NCBI GenBank assembly: GCA_030040915.1
Contig: JASHSI010000062.1
Coordinates: forward strand, 1 to 49,003
Reading direction: 5' to 3'
Length of the DNA stretch: 49,003 nucleotides
Origin: Thermoplasmata archaeon
GTDB taxonomy: Archaea > Thermoplasmatota > Thermoplasmata > Lutacidiplasmatales > UBA184
Numbering within the stretch: the stretch's first letter is position 1; each line of letters opens with the position of its first letter. Positions 25,469 through 34,494 of this stretch are shown one piece after another. A model generated the notes under the pieces. That model was not told the origin of the DNA and searched no databases. It saw nothing but the letters and a program-made list of their open reading frames with translations. The translations under genes and the position numbers were made by a program.

Positions 25469-26104
25469 CTATCGCAGGATCTCGACCAGGCCTCGCAGCG
25501 CCGTTCGTCGGTGGCTCGGTTCCCGGAACTTGTACAGGTTTCGACTCAGGCCCCTGCGCACGGACTTGGCCCCGGGGAAGCGCTTGCGCGCGCGGGCGAG
25601 CTTCGTCGGGTCGTAGAGCATCAGGAAGTCGATCCGTACGGGGTAGCCGCGGTCGAGGGGGGCGCCATGGTAGAAGTGCCATGCGATCCCCCCGAAGATG
25701 GTGGGGATCCGATCCTCCGCGGTCCGCACGAGTCGGGAGTTGCGGATCTCGATGGGTCCGGCCTGGATGTCGTAATCGTACCCCGAGAATTCCTCGTGGC
25801 CGATTGCCCGGCGGCTCGTGTCATACTTGTCCCAACCAGTGGTCACGATGATCCGGGCCATCTCCTGCCGGGTCAACTCGGGGTGCTCGTCCATGCCGAT
25901 GGCCCGAACGATGTACCGTCCATCCGAAAAACAGGTCTCGATCGCGCGATCCACCGTACTCCCGATGTCGAGAAAATCGGGTTCTCGATCCACGGTGTAC
26001 CTTGGGGCCCTCACCCGAAGGACCCTCGTCGGTCCCCCGCGGGGCGTGGTCCGGAGGCCCCGACCCGGTCGGGCCGTGTTACCAGGCGCCTGGTTCCGGT
26101 GCAT
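25469..26104 (-). CDS. Hypothetical protein (orphan, lower GC)
   Basis: 211-aa ORF. The start ATG abuts the stop of the FMN reductase gene (TGAATG on the minus strand). The first roughly 35 aa are low complexity and the rest is clearly protein-like (GWDKYDTSRRAIGHEEFSGYDYD...WHFYHGAPLDRGYPVRIDFLMLYDP). I did not recognise a family. Confidence 0.55.
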   Translation of the reverse strand: MHRNQAPGNTARPGRGLRTTPRGGPTRVLRVRAPRYTVDREPDFLDIGSTVDRAIETCFSDGRYIVRAIGMDEHPELTRQEMARIIVTTGWDKYDTSRRAIGHEEFSGYDYDIQAGPIEIRNSRLVRTAEDRIPTIFGGIAWHFYHGAPLDRGYPVRIDFLMLYDPTKLARARKRFPGAKSVRRGLSRNLYKFREPSHRRTALRGLVEILR

Positions 26105-26680
26105 TCAGGGGGCCATCGCCGGCTCCCCGCGAAGCTCGCGGGTCCACTGCACGAGCTCCGCGAGGAGCGAGGCGAGGACCTTCCGGCCCGCCTCGTCCGT
26201 GAACCGACCGACGGAGTCGAACTTCTGGGGGGCGAAGCTGACGAACACCTCGGGCAGGTTGATCGGTCGCATGTTGAGGAAGACGAACGACTGACGGAGT
26301 TGGTAGACGGCCCGCGCCCCTCCCAGCATCCCGACGGAGGCGCTGACGCACGCGACGGGCTTGCCGTTCCAGCAGCTTTCGACGCGGGGACGCGAGCCCC
26401 AATCGATCGCGTTCTTCAGGACGCCCGCGACCCCGTAGTTGTACTCCGGCACCCCGAAGAGGACGGCGTCGGCGGCGCGGACCGTGGACCGGAGCTCCCG
26501 CACCCGCGCCGGAGGCTCCGTCTCCTCGTCCTCGTTGAAGGGGGGGATCCCGGCGAGCTCGAACAGTTCGAGCGAGGTTTCCGGTGGCAGGAGCTCCTGG
26601 GCGGCCCGGAGCAGCTTGCGGTTGAACGAGTCCTTCCGGAGGCTTCCCGGGATGCCGATCAATCTCACCGGTGCGACCAT
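26105..26680 (-). CDS. NAD(P)H-dependent FMN reductase family protein
   Basis: This is the 191-aa 3' part (MVAPVRLIGIPGSLRKDSFNRKLL...VPEYNYGVAGVLKNAIDW) of composite track ORF 26105..28009. The upstream part of that ORF is antisense to mdh. Confidence 0.85.
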   Translation of the reverse strand: MVAPVRLIGIPGSLRKDSFNRKLLRAAQELLPPETSLELFELAGIPPFNEDEETEPPARVRELRSTVRAADAVLFGVPEYNYGVAGVLKNAIDWGSRPRVESCWNGKPVACVSASVGMLGGARAVYQLRQSFVFLNMRPINLPEVFVSFAPQKFDSVGRFTDEAGRKVLASLLAELVQWTRELRGEPAMAP

Positions 26681-26863
26681 GCGGTCGGCGAGACGGACGA
26701 ACAAATAGCGGCTTCCGACGACGTCCCCACGGGTGGTTCCGGGGGACTCCGGAACGAGCGAACGGCCGTGGATCGCCGCCCGACTCCGCGGGCCCGGTCC
26801 CCCGACCTCGGCCAGCCAGCCGCTAAATGCGCGCCCGGATCCCTCTGCCCGGTGGGTCGGACC

Positions 26864-27811
26864 ATGGTAGGGCTGGGTCGCGTCGCGGTGCTGGGTGCGG
26901 GGAACATCGGCGGGACGCTCGCCCAGCGGCTCGCGGAGGCGGACCTCGCCGAGGAGGTCGTGCTGATCGACATCATCGACGGCCTCCCGCAGGGGAAGGC
27001 GCTCGACATCCAGGAGTCCGCCCCGATCCTCGGATTCTCCACCCGGGTGCGCGGGTCGACCTCGCTCGACGAGCTCGAGGGGACCGACCTCGTGGTCGAG
27101 ACCGCGGGGCTCGCCCGGAAGCCCGGGATGAGCCGCTCGGACCTGCTCGAGAAGAACGCGGGCATCCTCGCGACGCACGCCAAGGCCGTGCGGGACCACG
27201 CTCCCCAGGCCGTGGTGATCGTCGTCACCAACCCGGTTGACGTGATGACCTACTGGTTCCGGGAGGTCTGCGGCTTCCCGCGAAACCGGGTCTTCGGGGA
27301 GTCCGGTACGCTCGATACGGCCCGCTTCCGGACGTTCGTCGCCCTGGAACTCGGCGTCGCTCCGCGGGACGTCACCGGCTTCGTCCTCGGCACCCACGGC
27401 GACACGATGGTGCCGGTCCTCTCCTTGACGAGCGTTTCCGGGGTCCCGCTGACCCGCCTCCTCCCGCCGGAGCGCCTCCACGCGATCGTGGAACGTACGA
27501 AGAAGGGGGGCGGGGAGATCGTCGACCTCCTCAAGTCCGGGAGCGCCTACTACGCCCCCTCGGCGAGCCAGCTCGAGCTCGCCCGGGCGGTCGCCCTCAA
27601 CGAGCACCGGCTCCTCTCGGCCGCGACGATTCTGGAGGGAGAGTTCGGGGAGCGCGGGCTCTCCATCGGCGTCCCGGCCGTGATCGGACGGAACGGGATG
27701 GAGAAGGTCGTCGAGGTCCCGCTCGATCCCGCGGAGCGGAGCGCCTTCTCCGCGAGCGTAGCGGCGGTCCGGGCGGACCTCGAGATCCTGGCGAAGCTCC
27801 CGAAGACCTAG
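26864..27811 (+). CDS. mdh: Malate dehydrogenase (LDH-like MDH family)
   Basis: This is the 3' part of composite track ORF 25298..27811, starting at MVGLGRVAVLGAGNIGGT. Further motifs are ARKPGMSRSDLL, VTNPVDVM and GTHGDTMVP. Confidence 0.9.
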   Translation: MVGLGRVAVLGAGNIGGTLAQRLAEADLAEEVVLIDIIDGLPQGKALDIQESAPILGFSTRVRGSTSLDELEGTDLVVETAGLARKPGMSRSDLLEKNAGILATHAKAVRDHAPQAVVIVVTNPVDVMTYWFREVCGFPRNRVFGESGTLDTARFRTFVALELGVAPRDVTGFVLGTHGDTMVPVLSLTSVSGVPLTRLLPPERLHAIVERTKKGGGEIVDLLKSGSAYYAPSASQLELARAVALNEHRLLSAATILEGEFGERGLSIGVPAVIGRNGMEKVVEVPLDPAERSAFSASVAAVRADLEILAKLPKT

Positions 27812-27877
27812 GCGAGGGTCCCCCCACCCGACGGCGGCCCCCGCCGTCGCGGGTCGGCCGCAGATGGAGGAACGCTT

Positions 27878-27884
27878 CAATAAT
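27878..27884 (+). promoter_or_regulatory. TATA-like box (CAATAAT) 30-36 nt upstream of GTG 27914
   Basis: AT-rich heptamer in the GC-rich spacer after mdh. Confidence 0.3.
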
Positions 27885-27913
27885 CCGACCTCGACCTCGA
27901 GGTCGAGGCGAGC

Positions 27914-29092
27914 GTGGCCGACCGATGGGTGCCGATCTGGGCCCGCTGGGTGCTCGCCGCGTTCTTCGCCTTCCTCGCGGTCTCGGACATCCTGGGAGGG
28001 ATCGTTCAAGTCACCCTCGAGAGCGTTCTCGCGTCCGCGGCCCTGTTCGCGATCCTGGCCGCGATCGCGGCGGCGTCGGCGATCCGGCCGGCCCGGGTCT
28101 TCCCGGCGGCGATCCGCCGTCCCGCGTACTGGCGGATCGTCCTCTACACCCTGGGGCTCCTCCTCCTCGGGATCGCCCTGCTCGAGGGGGCGTTCACCGC
28201 CCTCATCTTCGGGCTGTGGGGCGCGCTCGGTCCGGCCCTACCGTTCGCCGTGGGCGGGGTCGCTCTGCTCCTCTGGGGACGGGCGCTCCGTCCCGTCGCG
28301 CGGGACGGACCCGAGCCCTGGGGGCGCACCGCGGGGCGGGAGGGGTACGAACCCGGGGTCGGGCTTCCCCCACCGCCGTCGGAGTCCGACCTCCTGGCCC
28401 TGTACGGCGAGATATGGCAGGCCGGCACGGCGTCGTTCGACGCGGCCCGCCGGATCGAGGAGGAGCTCGGGTGGGCGTTCGCGGTCCTTTGGGGGGTGAT
28501 CGCCGCCGCGGGGCTCCTCCTCCTGTTCTCTCCGGGGATCGCTCCCGTCACCGGACTGGTGTTCCTCGCGGTCGGAGCCCTGATGCTGGCCTCCACCTGG
28601 TTCGCGGCGGAGCGCCGCGCCCGTATCGAGCGGCAACTTCGGAGCGGAACGATCCCTCCGGCGTCGGTCCTGAACGAGCCCCCCCTCGTGGGCCTCTTCC
28701 GGTGGCTCCGGAGAGGGGCCCAGACGGCCGAACGAGCGGGCGAGGACCGGGAGGCCGGCGTCCTTCCGAGGGCGATGGCGATGGTGGAGTTCGGCCGCCG
28801 AATGGGGCGGTCGGCCCGGGACGCGGCGAAGGGGGTGTTCGCCCTCGTCTTCCTCGTCGGGTGCGGGGCCACCTACTTCGGGCTCACCACGGCGCTCCTC
28901 TTCCTGGCGGGCGGCCCCCAATTCCTCGGCCGGGACGCGGGCATCTCCCTCGTCGCCACCGCCCTCGTGGCCGCGCTCGCGTTCTGGCTCCTCCACCGGA
29001 TGTACGAGTCGGTCGAGGCGACCGACCGTCGGCTGGACGCCGCCGAGCGGGCGCTCCAGGACCTCGAGCGGGCGTTCTGGGTCCGCTTCTGA
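27914..29092 (+). CDS. Hypothetical polytopic membrane protein
   Basis: 392-aa ORF with GTG start. Many hydrophobic spans alternate with Arg-rich loops. I recognised no motif. Confidence 0.55.
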   Translation: MADRWVPIWARWVLAAFFAFLAVSDILGGIVQVTLESVLASAALFAILAAIAAASAIRPARVFPAAIRRPAYWRIVLYTLGLLLLGIALLEGAFTALIFGLWGALGPALPFAVGGVALLLWGRALRPVARDGPEPWGRTAGREGYEPGVGLPPPPSESDLLALYGEIWQAGTASFDAARRIEEELGWAFAVLWGVIAAAGLLLLFSPGIAPVTGLVFLAVGALMLASTWFAAERRARIERQLRSGTIPPASVLNEPPLVGLFRWLRRGAQTAERAGEDREAGVLPRAMAMVEFGRRMGRSARDAAKGVFALVFLVGCGATYFGLTTALLFLAGGPQFLGRDAGISLVATALVAALAFWLLHRMYESVEATDRRLDAAERALQDLERAFWVRF

Positions 29093-29110
29093 GCCGGAGG
29101 CCGAGGGCGG

Positions 29111-29431
29111 ATGGAACCTCCACCGATCCAGCGGCCGGACCTCCGCGTGATCGCTCGGGTCCTCGAGGCGATGTGGCGGAGCCAAGCCCCCCTGCGGCGG
29201 AGCCGTCTCCAGCAGGCCTCCGGGACGAACTACACCCAGTTCTCCCGCTACCTCGACCTCATGGTGGGCCGAGGTCTCCTCGAGCTCCAGACCGATGCAT
29301 CCAGCGTGGTGTGGGTCCGTCTGACGCCGAAAGGATACGAAGCGCACCGCTTCCTCGTCACGGGCCTCCACGAGATCCTTCGGGGCTCCTCTCCCCCATG
29401 GTCCGGGCTCGGAAGGGACCGACCCCGCTGA
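29111..29431 (+). CDS. Small winged-helix DNA-binding protein (putative regulator)
   Basis: 106-aa ORF. RSRLQQASGTNYTQFSRYLDLMVGRGLLEL...VWVRLTPKGYEAHRFL is a wHTH-like pattern. Confidence 0.55.
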   Translation: MEPPPIQRPDLRVIARVLEAMWRSQAPLRRSRLQQASGTNYTQFSRYLDLMVGRGLLELQTDASSVVWVRLTPKGYEAHRFLVTGLHEILRGSSPPWSGLGRDRPR

Positions 29432-29452
29432 CGAAGCGCCAAAATAGGGCCG

Positions 29453-29794
29453 GTGGCGTGGAAGGAGCCGACGATGGCGAGCGCGTCCTCGGCCGCCCCT
29501 CCCGCCTCGAACGGACCGATCGAGATCAAGCGGCGCCTCGCCACACTGCGCTTCCAGACCGACGCGAAGAGCTTCGCGCACATCACCACGAAGCCCGAGA
29601 TTTGCGCCCGCTGCCCCCACTCCTTCTGCACCTTCGTCTGCCCGGCGCAATGCTACGAGCGGATCGAGGGTAAGCTCGTCTTCCGCTACGAGGACTGCGT
29701 CGAGTGCGGCGCCTGCGACATCGCCTGCGACCAGGGCTCGGTCACCTGGACACTTCCGAGGGGCCCGTACGGCGTCCGGTACGCGTACGGGTAG
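29453..29794 (+). CDS. fixX: FixX-type ferredoxin-like protein
   Basis: 113-aa ORF. CARCPHSFCTFVCPAQCYERIEGKLVFRYEDCVECGACDIACDQGSVTWTLPRGPYGVRYAYG matches the FixX layout. Confidence 0.7.
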   Translation: MAWKEPTMASASSAAPPASNGPIEIKRRLATLRFQTDAKSFAHITTKPEICARCPHSFCTFVCPAQCYERIEGKLVFRYEDCVECGACDIACDQGSVTWTLPRGPYGVRYAYG

Positions 29795-29927
29795 GGGCCA
29801 CGCCTCGTGTGGACCGTCAGCCGTCCACGGGCGCTGTGCCGGAATCCCCTCGCGCCGGACGATCCTGGGATCGGGGTCTATTCCGATCCGAGGGCGAGCA
29901 CCATGGGCCGAATCCCCGAACCCGAAG

Positions 29928-31322
29928 GTGGGGCCCTTGACATCGTGGCTCTCGGACGGGGGAAGAGCGAACCCGCAACCGGTCTGGATCTCCCTCACCG
30001 TCCTCGCGTTCGCGACGTTATCGCTGACCCTCCCGAGCCCCGTCCCGACGAGCGTCGGAGGATCGCCGACGGCCGGCGCTCGACCTCTCCTCTGCGCAGG
30101 GAACGGATGTCAGTGGTGGCCCTGCACGCTGGTCCGGAGCTCCCCGCCCGCCTCGGCGACCGTGTCCGATACGGCGGTCCAGCCGGGCACGCCGGTCGTG
30201 TTCAACGGGAGCGAGGCCGGGATTTACGGAGTTAACTACTCCTATGATTGGAATTTCGGCGACGGGAGCGTAGGGACCGGCCAAGAGCTGACGCATACCT
30301 ATGATCGGCCCGGCATGTACCTGGCGCAGCTATGGGCCGACGGAGGCACCTGCAATGGGGGAGGGACCGCCAACGCCTCCGTATGGGTCCGCGCCCCGCC
30401 GGGTGGGCTGAACGTCACCGCTCGCGCGAGCCTCCAGAGTTCGATGGATTGGCCGGTCAACGTCACGTTCGTCGCAACGGGAGCCGGTGGCTCGGGGAAT
30501 CTATCGTACTCGTGGAGCTTTGGTGATGGCGCCCGCGCGGGCGGACCGGACGTTCAGCACGAGTTCAACTCCCCCGGGGTCTATCTCGTCAACTCGACGG
30601 TTACGGACAGTCATGGTTCCGCGGCTCATTACTATCTCACGGTGGACATAGGGTCGGTTCCCTACACCGGGGCCGCTCCCTTGTCGGTCTCCTTGGCAGT
30701 CGCGCCCGCTGGGTGGTTTCCCCCGTACCAGTACAATTGGAGCACGGACGACGGGACCCCTCCCTTGTATTCTCAGAACGTCACCCACACGTTCGTCGAA
30801 CCAGGAACGTACGATGTGGCCGTGCTCCTGCAGGACCGGTTCGGCGACCGGCAAATCCTGGATACGGAGGTGCGGGTCGATCCCGTTCTCGCCCTTCGAA
30901 CTAGTTTCTCCGCATCGAAGATTTCGGGGCCGGCCCCCCTCCAAGTCGCTCTCATTTCCAACGTGACGGGAGGAGTGGGTCCCTACTCGTACTCCTGGGC
31001 ATTTGGTGACGGCCAGGGCGGGTACGGCGCGAACGTGTCGCATACCTACTCGCGGCCCGGCATCTACCAAGTGACATTGGTCGTCGTCGACTCCATCGGC
31101 GACCGCTCGACCCATCATCTCAATCTCACGGTGGCCTCTCCCCCGGCCTACCGGTTGGGGTGGAGCCAGGGGGTGGTGTGGGCCGTCGTTGGGGTGGCCG
31201 CCGTGGCCTCGGTCCTCACCCTTGCGGCGATCCGTCGCCGTGTCCGAGCTCGAGGGTCTGGGGCCAAGCCCGATCAGGACGAGACCCTACAGACCGATCC
31301 CCCGGCGTTGGGGCGACCGTAA
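29928..31322 (+). CDS. Secreted PKD-repeat surface protein with C-terminal TM anchor
   Basis: 464-aa ORF with a signal-like N-terminus. Four PKD-type repeats are present (YDWNFGDGS..THTYDRPGMY, YSWSFGDGA..QHEFNSPGVY, YNWSTDDGT..THTFVEPGTY, YSWAFGDGQ..SHTYSRPGIY). There are many NxS/T sequons and a C-terminal hydrophobic helix followed by RRRVR. GC is lower. Confidence 0.8.
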   Translation: MGPLTSWLSDGGRANPQPVWISLTVLAFATLSLTLPSPVPTSVGGSPTAGARPLLCAGNGCQWWPCTLVRSSPPASATVSDTAVQPGTPVVFNGSEAGIYGVNYSYDWNFGDGSVGTGQELTHTYDRPGMYLAQLWADGGTCNGGGTANASVWVRAPPGGLNVTARASLQSSMDWPVNVTFVATGAGGSGNLSYSWSFGDGARAGGPDVQHEFNSPGVYLVNSTVTDSHGSAAHYYLTVDIGSVPYTGAAPLSVSLAVAPAGWFPPYQYNWSTDDGTPPLYSQNVTHTFVEPGTYDVAVLLQDRFGDRQILDTEVRVDPVLALRTSFSASKISGPAPLQVALISNVTGGVGPYSYSWAFGDGQGGYGANVSHTYSRPGIYQVTLVVVDSIGDRSTHHLNLTVASPPAYRLGWSQGVVWAVVGVAAVASVLTLAAIRRRVRARGSGAKPDQDETLQTDPPALGRP

Positions 31323-31387
31323 CCGGCCAGAGACCGGCGTGGTCCCATCCCCCACCCCCGGGTCAACGGTTCCGTTCCGCCCGTAGG

Positions 31388-31394
31388 GTTAAAG
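31388..31394 (+). promoter_or_regulatory. TATA-like box (GTTAAAG) upstream of the XPD coding region
   Basis: This is the only AT-rich stretch between the PKD stop (31322) and the conserved XPD N-terminus (from about 31485). It is followed by the purine-rich GGGAGAGAGAG. Confidence 0.3.
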
Positions 31395-31451
31395 CCCGGT
31401 CGCCGCGTTCGACCGCCGGGAGAGGGCCCGGGAGAGAGAGCTACGCCCCCG

Positions 31452-33512
31452 ATCTCGCTCGTCCCCGAGGCGCCCCCCGCTCTCTTCCCCTACCGGCCGA
31501 GGCCGGGGCAGGAGAAGCTCCTCGCGGCGGTCGCCGAGACCGCCCGGCGCGGCGGGGCGCTCCTCGTCGACGCGCCGACCGGGTCGGGCAAGACCGTCGC
31601 CACGCTCGCCCCTCTCCTCGAGCACGCCGAGCAGGCCGACCACCGCATCCTCTACCTCGTCCGGACCCACGCTCAGGAGCTCCAGGTCCTGCAGGAGGCA
31701 AGGGCGATCTCCCACCGGCTCGACCAGCCGTTCCTCGCCATCAACCTCGAGGGGCGGCAGCGGCGCTGCCTCCTCCTCTCGGGGATCGCCGAGATGAAGG
31801 GGGCGACCGCGGAGGAGCACGGGAAGCTCTGCGCGGACCGAAAGCGCGCGACCCAGCGTATGTTCGACGAGGGGACGCTCTTGGCGCCGCCGACCGAGCT
31901 CCCCGAGACCGGGCCGGTCGACCTGACCGACCTCGACGGCTGCCCGTACTACGCGCGGGTCCTCCAATCCGACATCGAGACCCTCGCCGACCGGTTCAGC
32001 CAGAAGCTCCTCACCCCCGCCGAGTTCGAGGCATTCGGCCAGGCCGAGAGCCTCTGCGCGTACGAGCTCGCGAAGAAGCTCGCCCCGAAGGCACGGCTGA
32101 TCACCGCCCCGTACGTCTTCTTCTTCCACCCCCACATCCGCCAGACGCTCCTCGGCTGGCTCGGGGTCGACCTCGACCGGATCGACCTTGTGGTCGACGA
32201 GGCGCACAACCTCCCGGACCACCTTCGGGACCTCGCCACGGTCGCCCTCCCCGAGGAGTCGATCCGGCGGGCCCGCGCGGAGCTCGCCGACCGCGGGGAC
32301 TTCGCCGTCCCGGATGGTCCGAGCGCGAGCCGCCTCCTGGAGATCGCCCAGATCGCCGTCGCCGAGCTCATCGACCTCCTCCCGCCCGGCGACGACGGGA
32401 TCCTCCCGGACGGGGCCCTCGAGGACCGCATCCTCACCGCCGTCGGGGGGACATCGCACCGGCTCGACACCTGGCTCGGCGCCCTCGTGAGCTGGGGGGA
32501 GAGCCTCCGCGAGGAGCGGCGCCGGCAACGCCGGTTGCCGCGCTCCTGGGTCCACGCCGTGGCCTCGGCGCTCCTCTCCTGGCCGCAGCTCTCCGGGCCC
32601 GGCTACGTCAAGGTCGCCACCCGAGGCCCCCGACGCTCGCTCGAGGCGTACGCCCTCGACGCGACCGGTTCGGCCGCCCCGATCCGCGCCTGCCACGCGT
32701 CGGTCCACCTCTCGGGGACGCTCGCCCCGCTCGAGGAGTACCGCGACGCCCTGGGCCTCGCCGAGGAGGCGACGCTCCTCAGCGTCCCGTCGAGCTTCCC
32801 GACGGAGAACCGGCGGCTCCTCTACGACCCGACCGTGACGACCCGCTACGAAGAGTTGCGGACCGACCCGTTGGCCATCCCGAAGCTCGCCGACCGGCTC
32901 GCCCAGGTCCTCGAGGACCTCCCGGTCCGCACGGCCGTCTTCTTCCCGAGCTTCGACCTCATGGAGCGGGTCCTCGTCGCCGGCCTCCAGACGGCCCTGC
33001 CGCCGAGCGCCGTCATCGAGACCCGTCGGGCGACGATGGGCGACCTCTGGCGGTCGATCGAGGGGTTCAAGCGAGGATCCCCGGAGGGGGTCCTCCTCGG
33101 GGTGAGCGGAGGCCGGATCGCCGAGGGGGTCGACTTCCCGGACGAGGAGCTCGAGGCGGTGGTGGTCGTCGGCCTCCCGTACCCGAAGCCGACGGCGAAG
33201 CGCGAGGCGCTCCGTCGGTTCCTTGAGGAGCGGACCGGACGCGGGTGGGAGTACGCCGTGGAGGCGCCGGCCCAGCGGGCGATCCTCCAGGCGCTCGGCC
33301 GGATGATCCGGTCCGAGAACGACCGCGGGATCGGCATCCTGCTCGACAAGCGGGCGCCGACGTTCACCGAGCGGCTCGGGCCGATGGCGCCCATCGAGGA
33401 CCTCGCGAGGACCGCCCGGACCTTCTACGGCCGGCGGGGCCGCCGGACGCCACCGGCCGACGGGCGGGAAGCGCCCTCCGGCCGGGCCGAGGCGCCGGGT
33501 ACGGGACGATGA
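31452..33512 (+). CDS. xpd: XPD/Rad3-family Fe-S DNA helicase (5' boundary undefined)
   Basis: The track ORF starts at ATG 31794, but the same frame is open from 31323. Upstream it encodes LFPYRPRPGQEKLL...VDAPTGSGKT (Walker A at 31572-31595). Downstream are the four Fe-S cysteines, VVDEAHNL and GRMIRSENDRG. No ATG, GTG or TTG lies in frame between 31323 and 31793. 31452 is an ATC and is used only as a placeholder. Confidence 0.8.
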   Translation: MSLVPEAPPALFPYRPRPGQEKLLAAVAETARRGGALLVDAPTGSGKTVATLAPLLEHAEQADHRILYLVRTHAQELQVLQEARAISHRLDQPFLAINLEGRQRRCLLLSGIAEMKGATAEEHGKLCADRKRATQRMFDEGTLLAPPTELPETGPVDLTDLDGCPYYARVLQSDIETLADRFSQKLLTPAEFEAFGQAESLCAYELAKKLAPKARLITAPYVFFFHPHIRQTLLGWLGVDLDRIDLVVDEAHNLPDHLRDLATVALPEESIRRARAELADRGDFAVPDGPSASRLLEIAQIAVAELIDLLPPGDDGILPDGALEDRILTAVGGTSHRLDTWLGALVSWGESLREERRRQRRLPRSWVHAVASALLSWPQLSGPGYVKVATRGPRRSLEAYALDATGSAAPIRACHASVHLSGTLAPLEEYRDALGLAEEATLLSVPSSFPTENRRLLYDPTVTTRYEELRTDPLAIPKLADRLAQVLEDLPVRTAVFFPSFDLMERVLVAGLQTALPPSAVIETRRATMGDLWRSIEGFKRGSPEGVLLGVSGGRIAEGVDFPDEELEAVVVVGLPYPKPTAKREALRRFLEERTGRGWEYAVEAPAQRAILQALGRMIRSENDRGIGILLDKRAPTFTERLGPMAPIEDLARTARTFYGRRGRRTPPADGREAPSGRAEAPGTGR

Positions 33513-34486
33513 TCATCTCGCGTACCCCGCTCCGTATCTCCTTCGCCGGGGGCGGCACCGACCTTCCCTCGTACTATCGGGCGCACGACGGCGGCGCGGT
33601 GACGAGCGCCGCGATCGACCGGTACATCCATGTCCTCGTCAACGAGAAGTTCGACAAGGCGGTCCGCGTTGCCTACTCCCGGACCGAGAACGTCGAACAC
33701 TTCGCGGACCTCGAGCACGGGCTCGTCCGGGAGGCGATGCGCCTCACCAAGGTGACCGACTCGCTCGAGATCCACACGATCGCCGACATCCCCGCGGAGG
33801 GCACGGGCCTCGGCTCCTCCTCCTCGCTGACCGTCGGGCTCCTGAACGCCCTCTACGCCCACCGCGGGATCCTGAGGGACCCGGCCGAGCTCGCCGAGGA
33901 GGCGTGCCGGATCGAGATCGACACGCTCGGCGGGACCCTCGGGAAGCAGGACCAGTACATCGCGGCGTTCGGCGGGATCAACCACTTCGAGTTCCGTTCG
34001 GACGACACGGTCCGCGCGAGCCCGATTCCGCTCACCGCGACCGACCGGGCGCTCCTTTCCGACCACCTGTCGCTCTTCTACACGGGCGCGACCCGCCAGG
34101 CGCAGGGGATCCTGCGGGAGCAGAGCGCGCGGACCGAGGCGAACCTCGAGGCGCTCGGCCGGATGCGCGAGCTCGCCCGAGAGTGCCGCGACGTGCTCCT
34201 CCGGAAGGACTGGGCGGGGCTCGGGCGCGTCCTCGACGAGGGCTGGGGGCTCAAGCGGACGCTCGCGAACGGCATCGCGACGGGCTCGATCGACGACGCC
34301 TACGCGAAGGCGAAAGCCGCCGGAGCATGGGGCGGCAAGGTCACCGGCGCCGGCGGCGGCGGCTTCTTCCTCGTCGTGCACCCGCCGTCTCGGAGCGCTC
34401 AAATAGAGAGCGCCTTGTCGCCGATGCGCCGGTTGGCCATCCGCGTCATCCCGGAAGGCTCGAGGATCCTCTTCGTGGGCCGGTGA
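33509..34486 (+). CDS. hddA: GHMP-family sugar kinase (D-glycero-D-manno-heptose-7-phosphate kinase HddA-like)
   Basis: Internal ATG of track ORF 33245..34486, with an ATGA overlap on the XPD stop. Motifs are MIISRTPLRISFAGGGTDLP, PAEGTGLGSSSSL and KVTGAGGGGF. Confidence 0.8.
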   Translation: MIISRTPLRISFAGGGTDLPSYYRAHDGGAVTSAAIDRYIHVLVNEKFDKAVRVAYSRTENVEHFADLEHGLVREAMRLTKVTDSLEIHTIADIPAEGTGLGSSSSLTVGLLNALYAHRGILRDPAELAEEACRIEIDTLGGTLGKQDQYIAAFGGINHFEFRSDDTVRASPIPLTATDRALLSDHLSLFYTGATRQAQGILREQSARTEANLEALGRMRELARECRDVLLRKDWAGLGRVLDEGWGLKRTLANGIATGSIDDAYAKAKAAGAWGGKVTGAGGGGFFLVVHPPSRSAQIESALSPMRRLAIRVIPEGSRILFVGR

Positions 34487-34494
34487 TCCGAACG

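Noticed and set aside
25298-26863. 5' two thirds of the 837-aa composite ORF ending in mdh, and likewise 26681..28009 of the 634-aa minus ORF ending in the FMN reductase
   Set aside because: Only the 3' parts, from MVGLGRVAVLGAGNIGG and MVAPVRLIGIPGS respectively, are protein-like and of family-typical length. The upstream extensions overlap real genes on the other strand.
31160-33226. 688-aa plus-strand ORF overlapping XPD
   Set aside because: It is an off-frame Arg/Pro/Gly-rich translation. The XPD frame has Walker A, DEAH and Fe-S cysteines.
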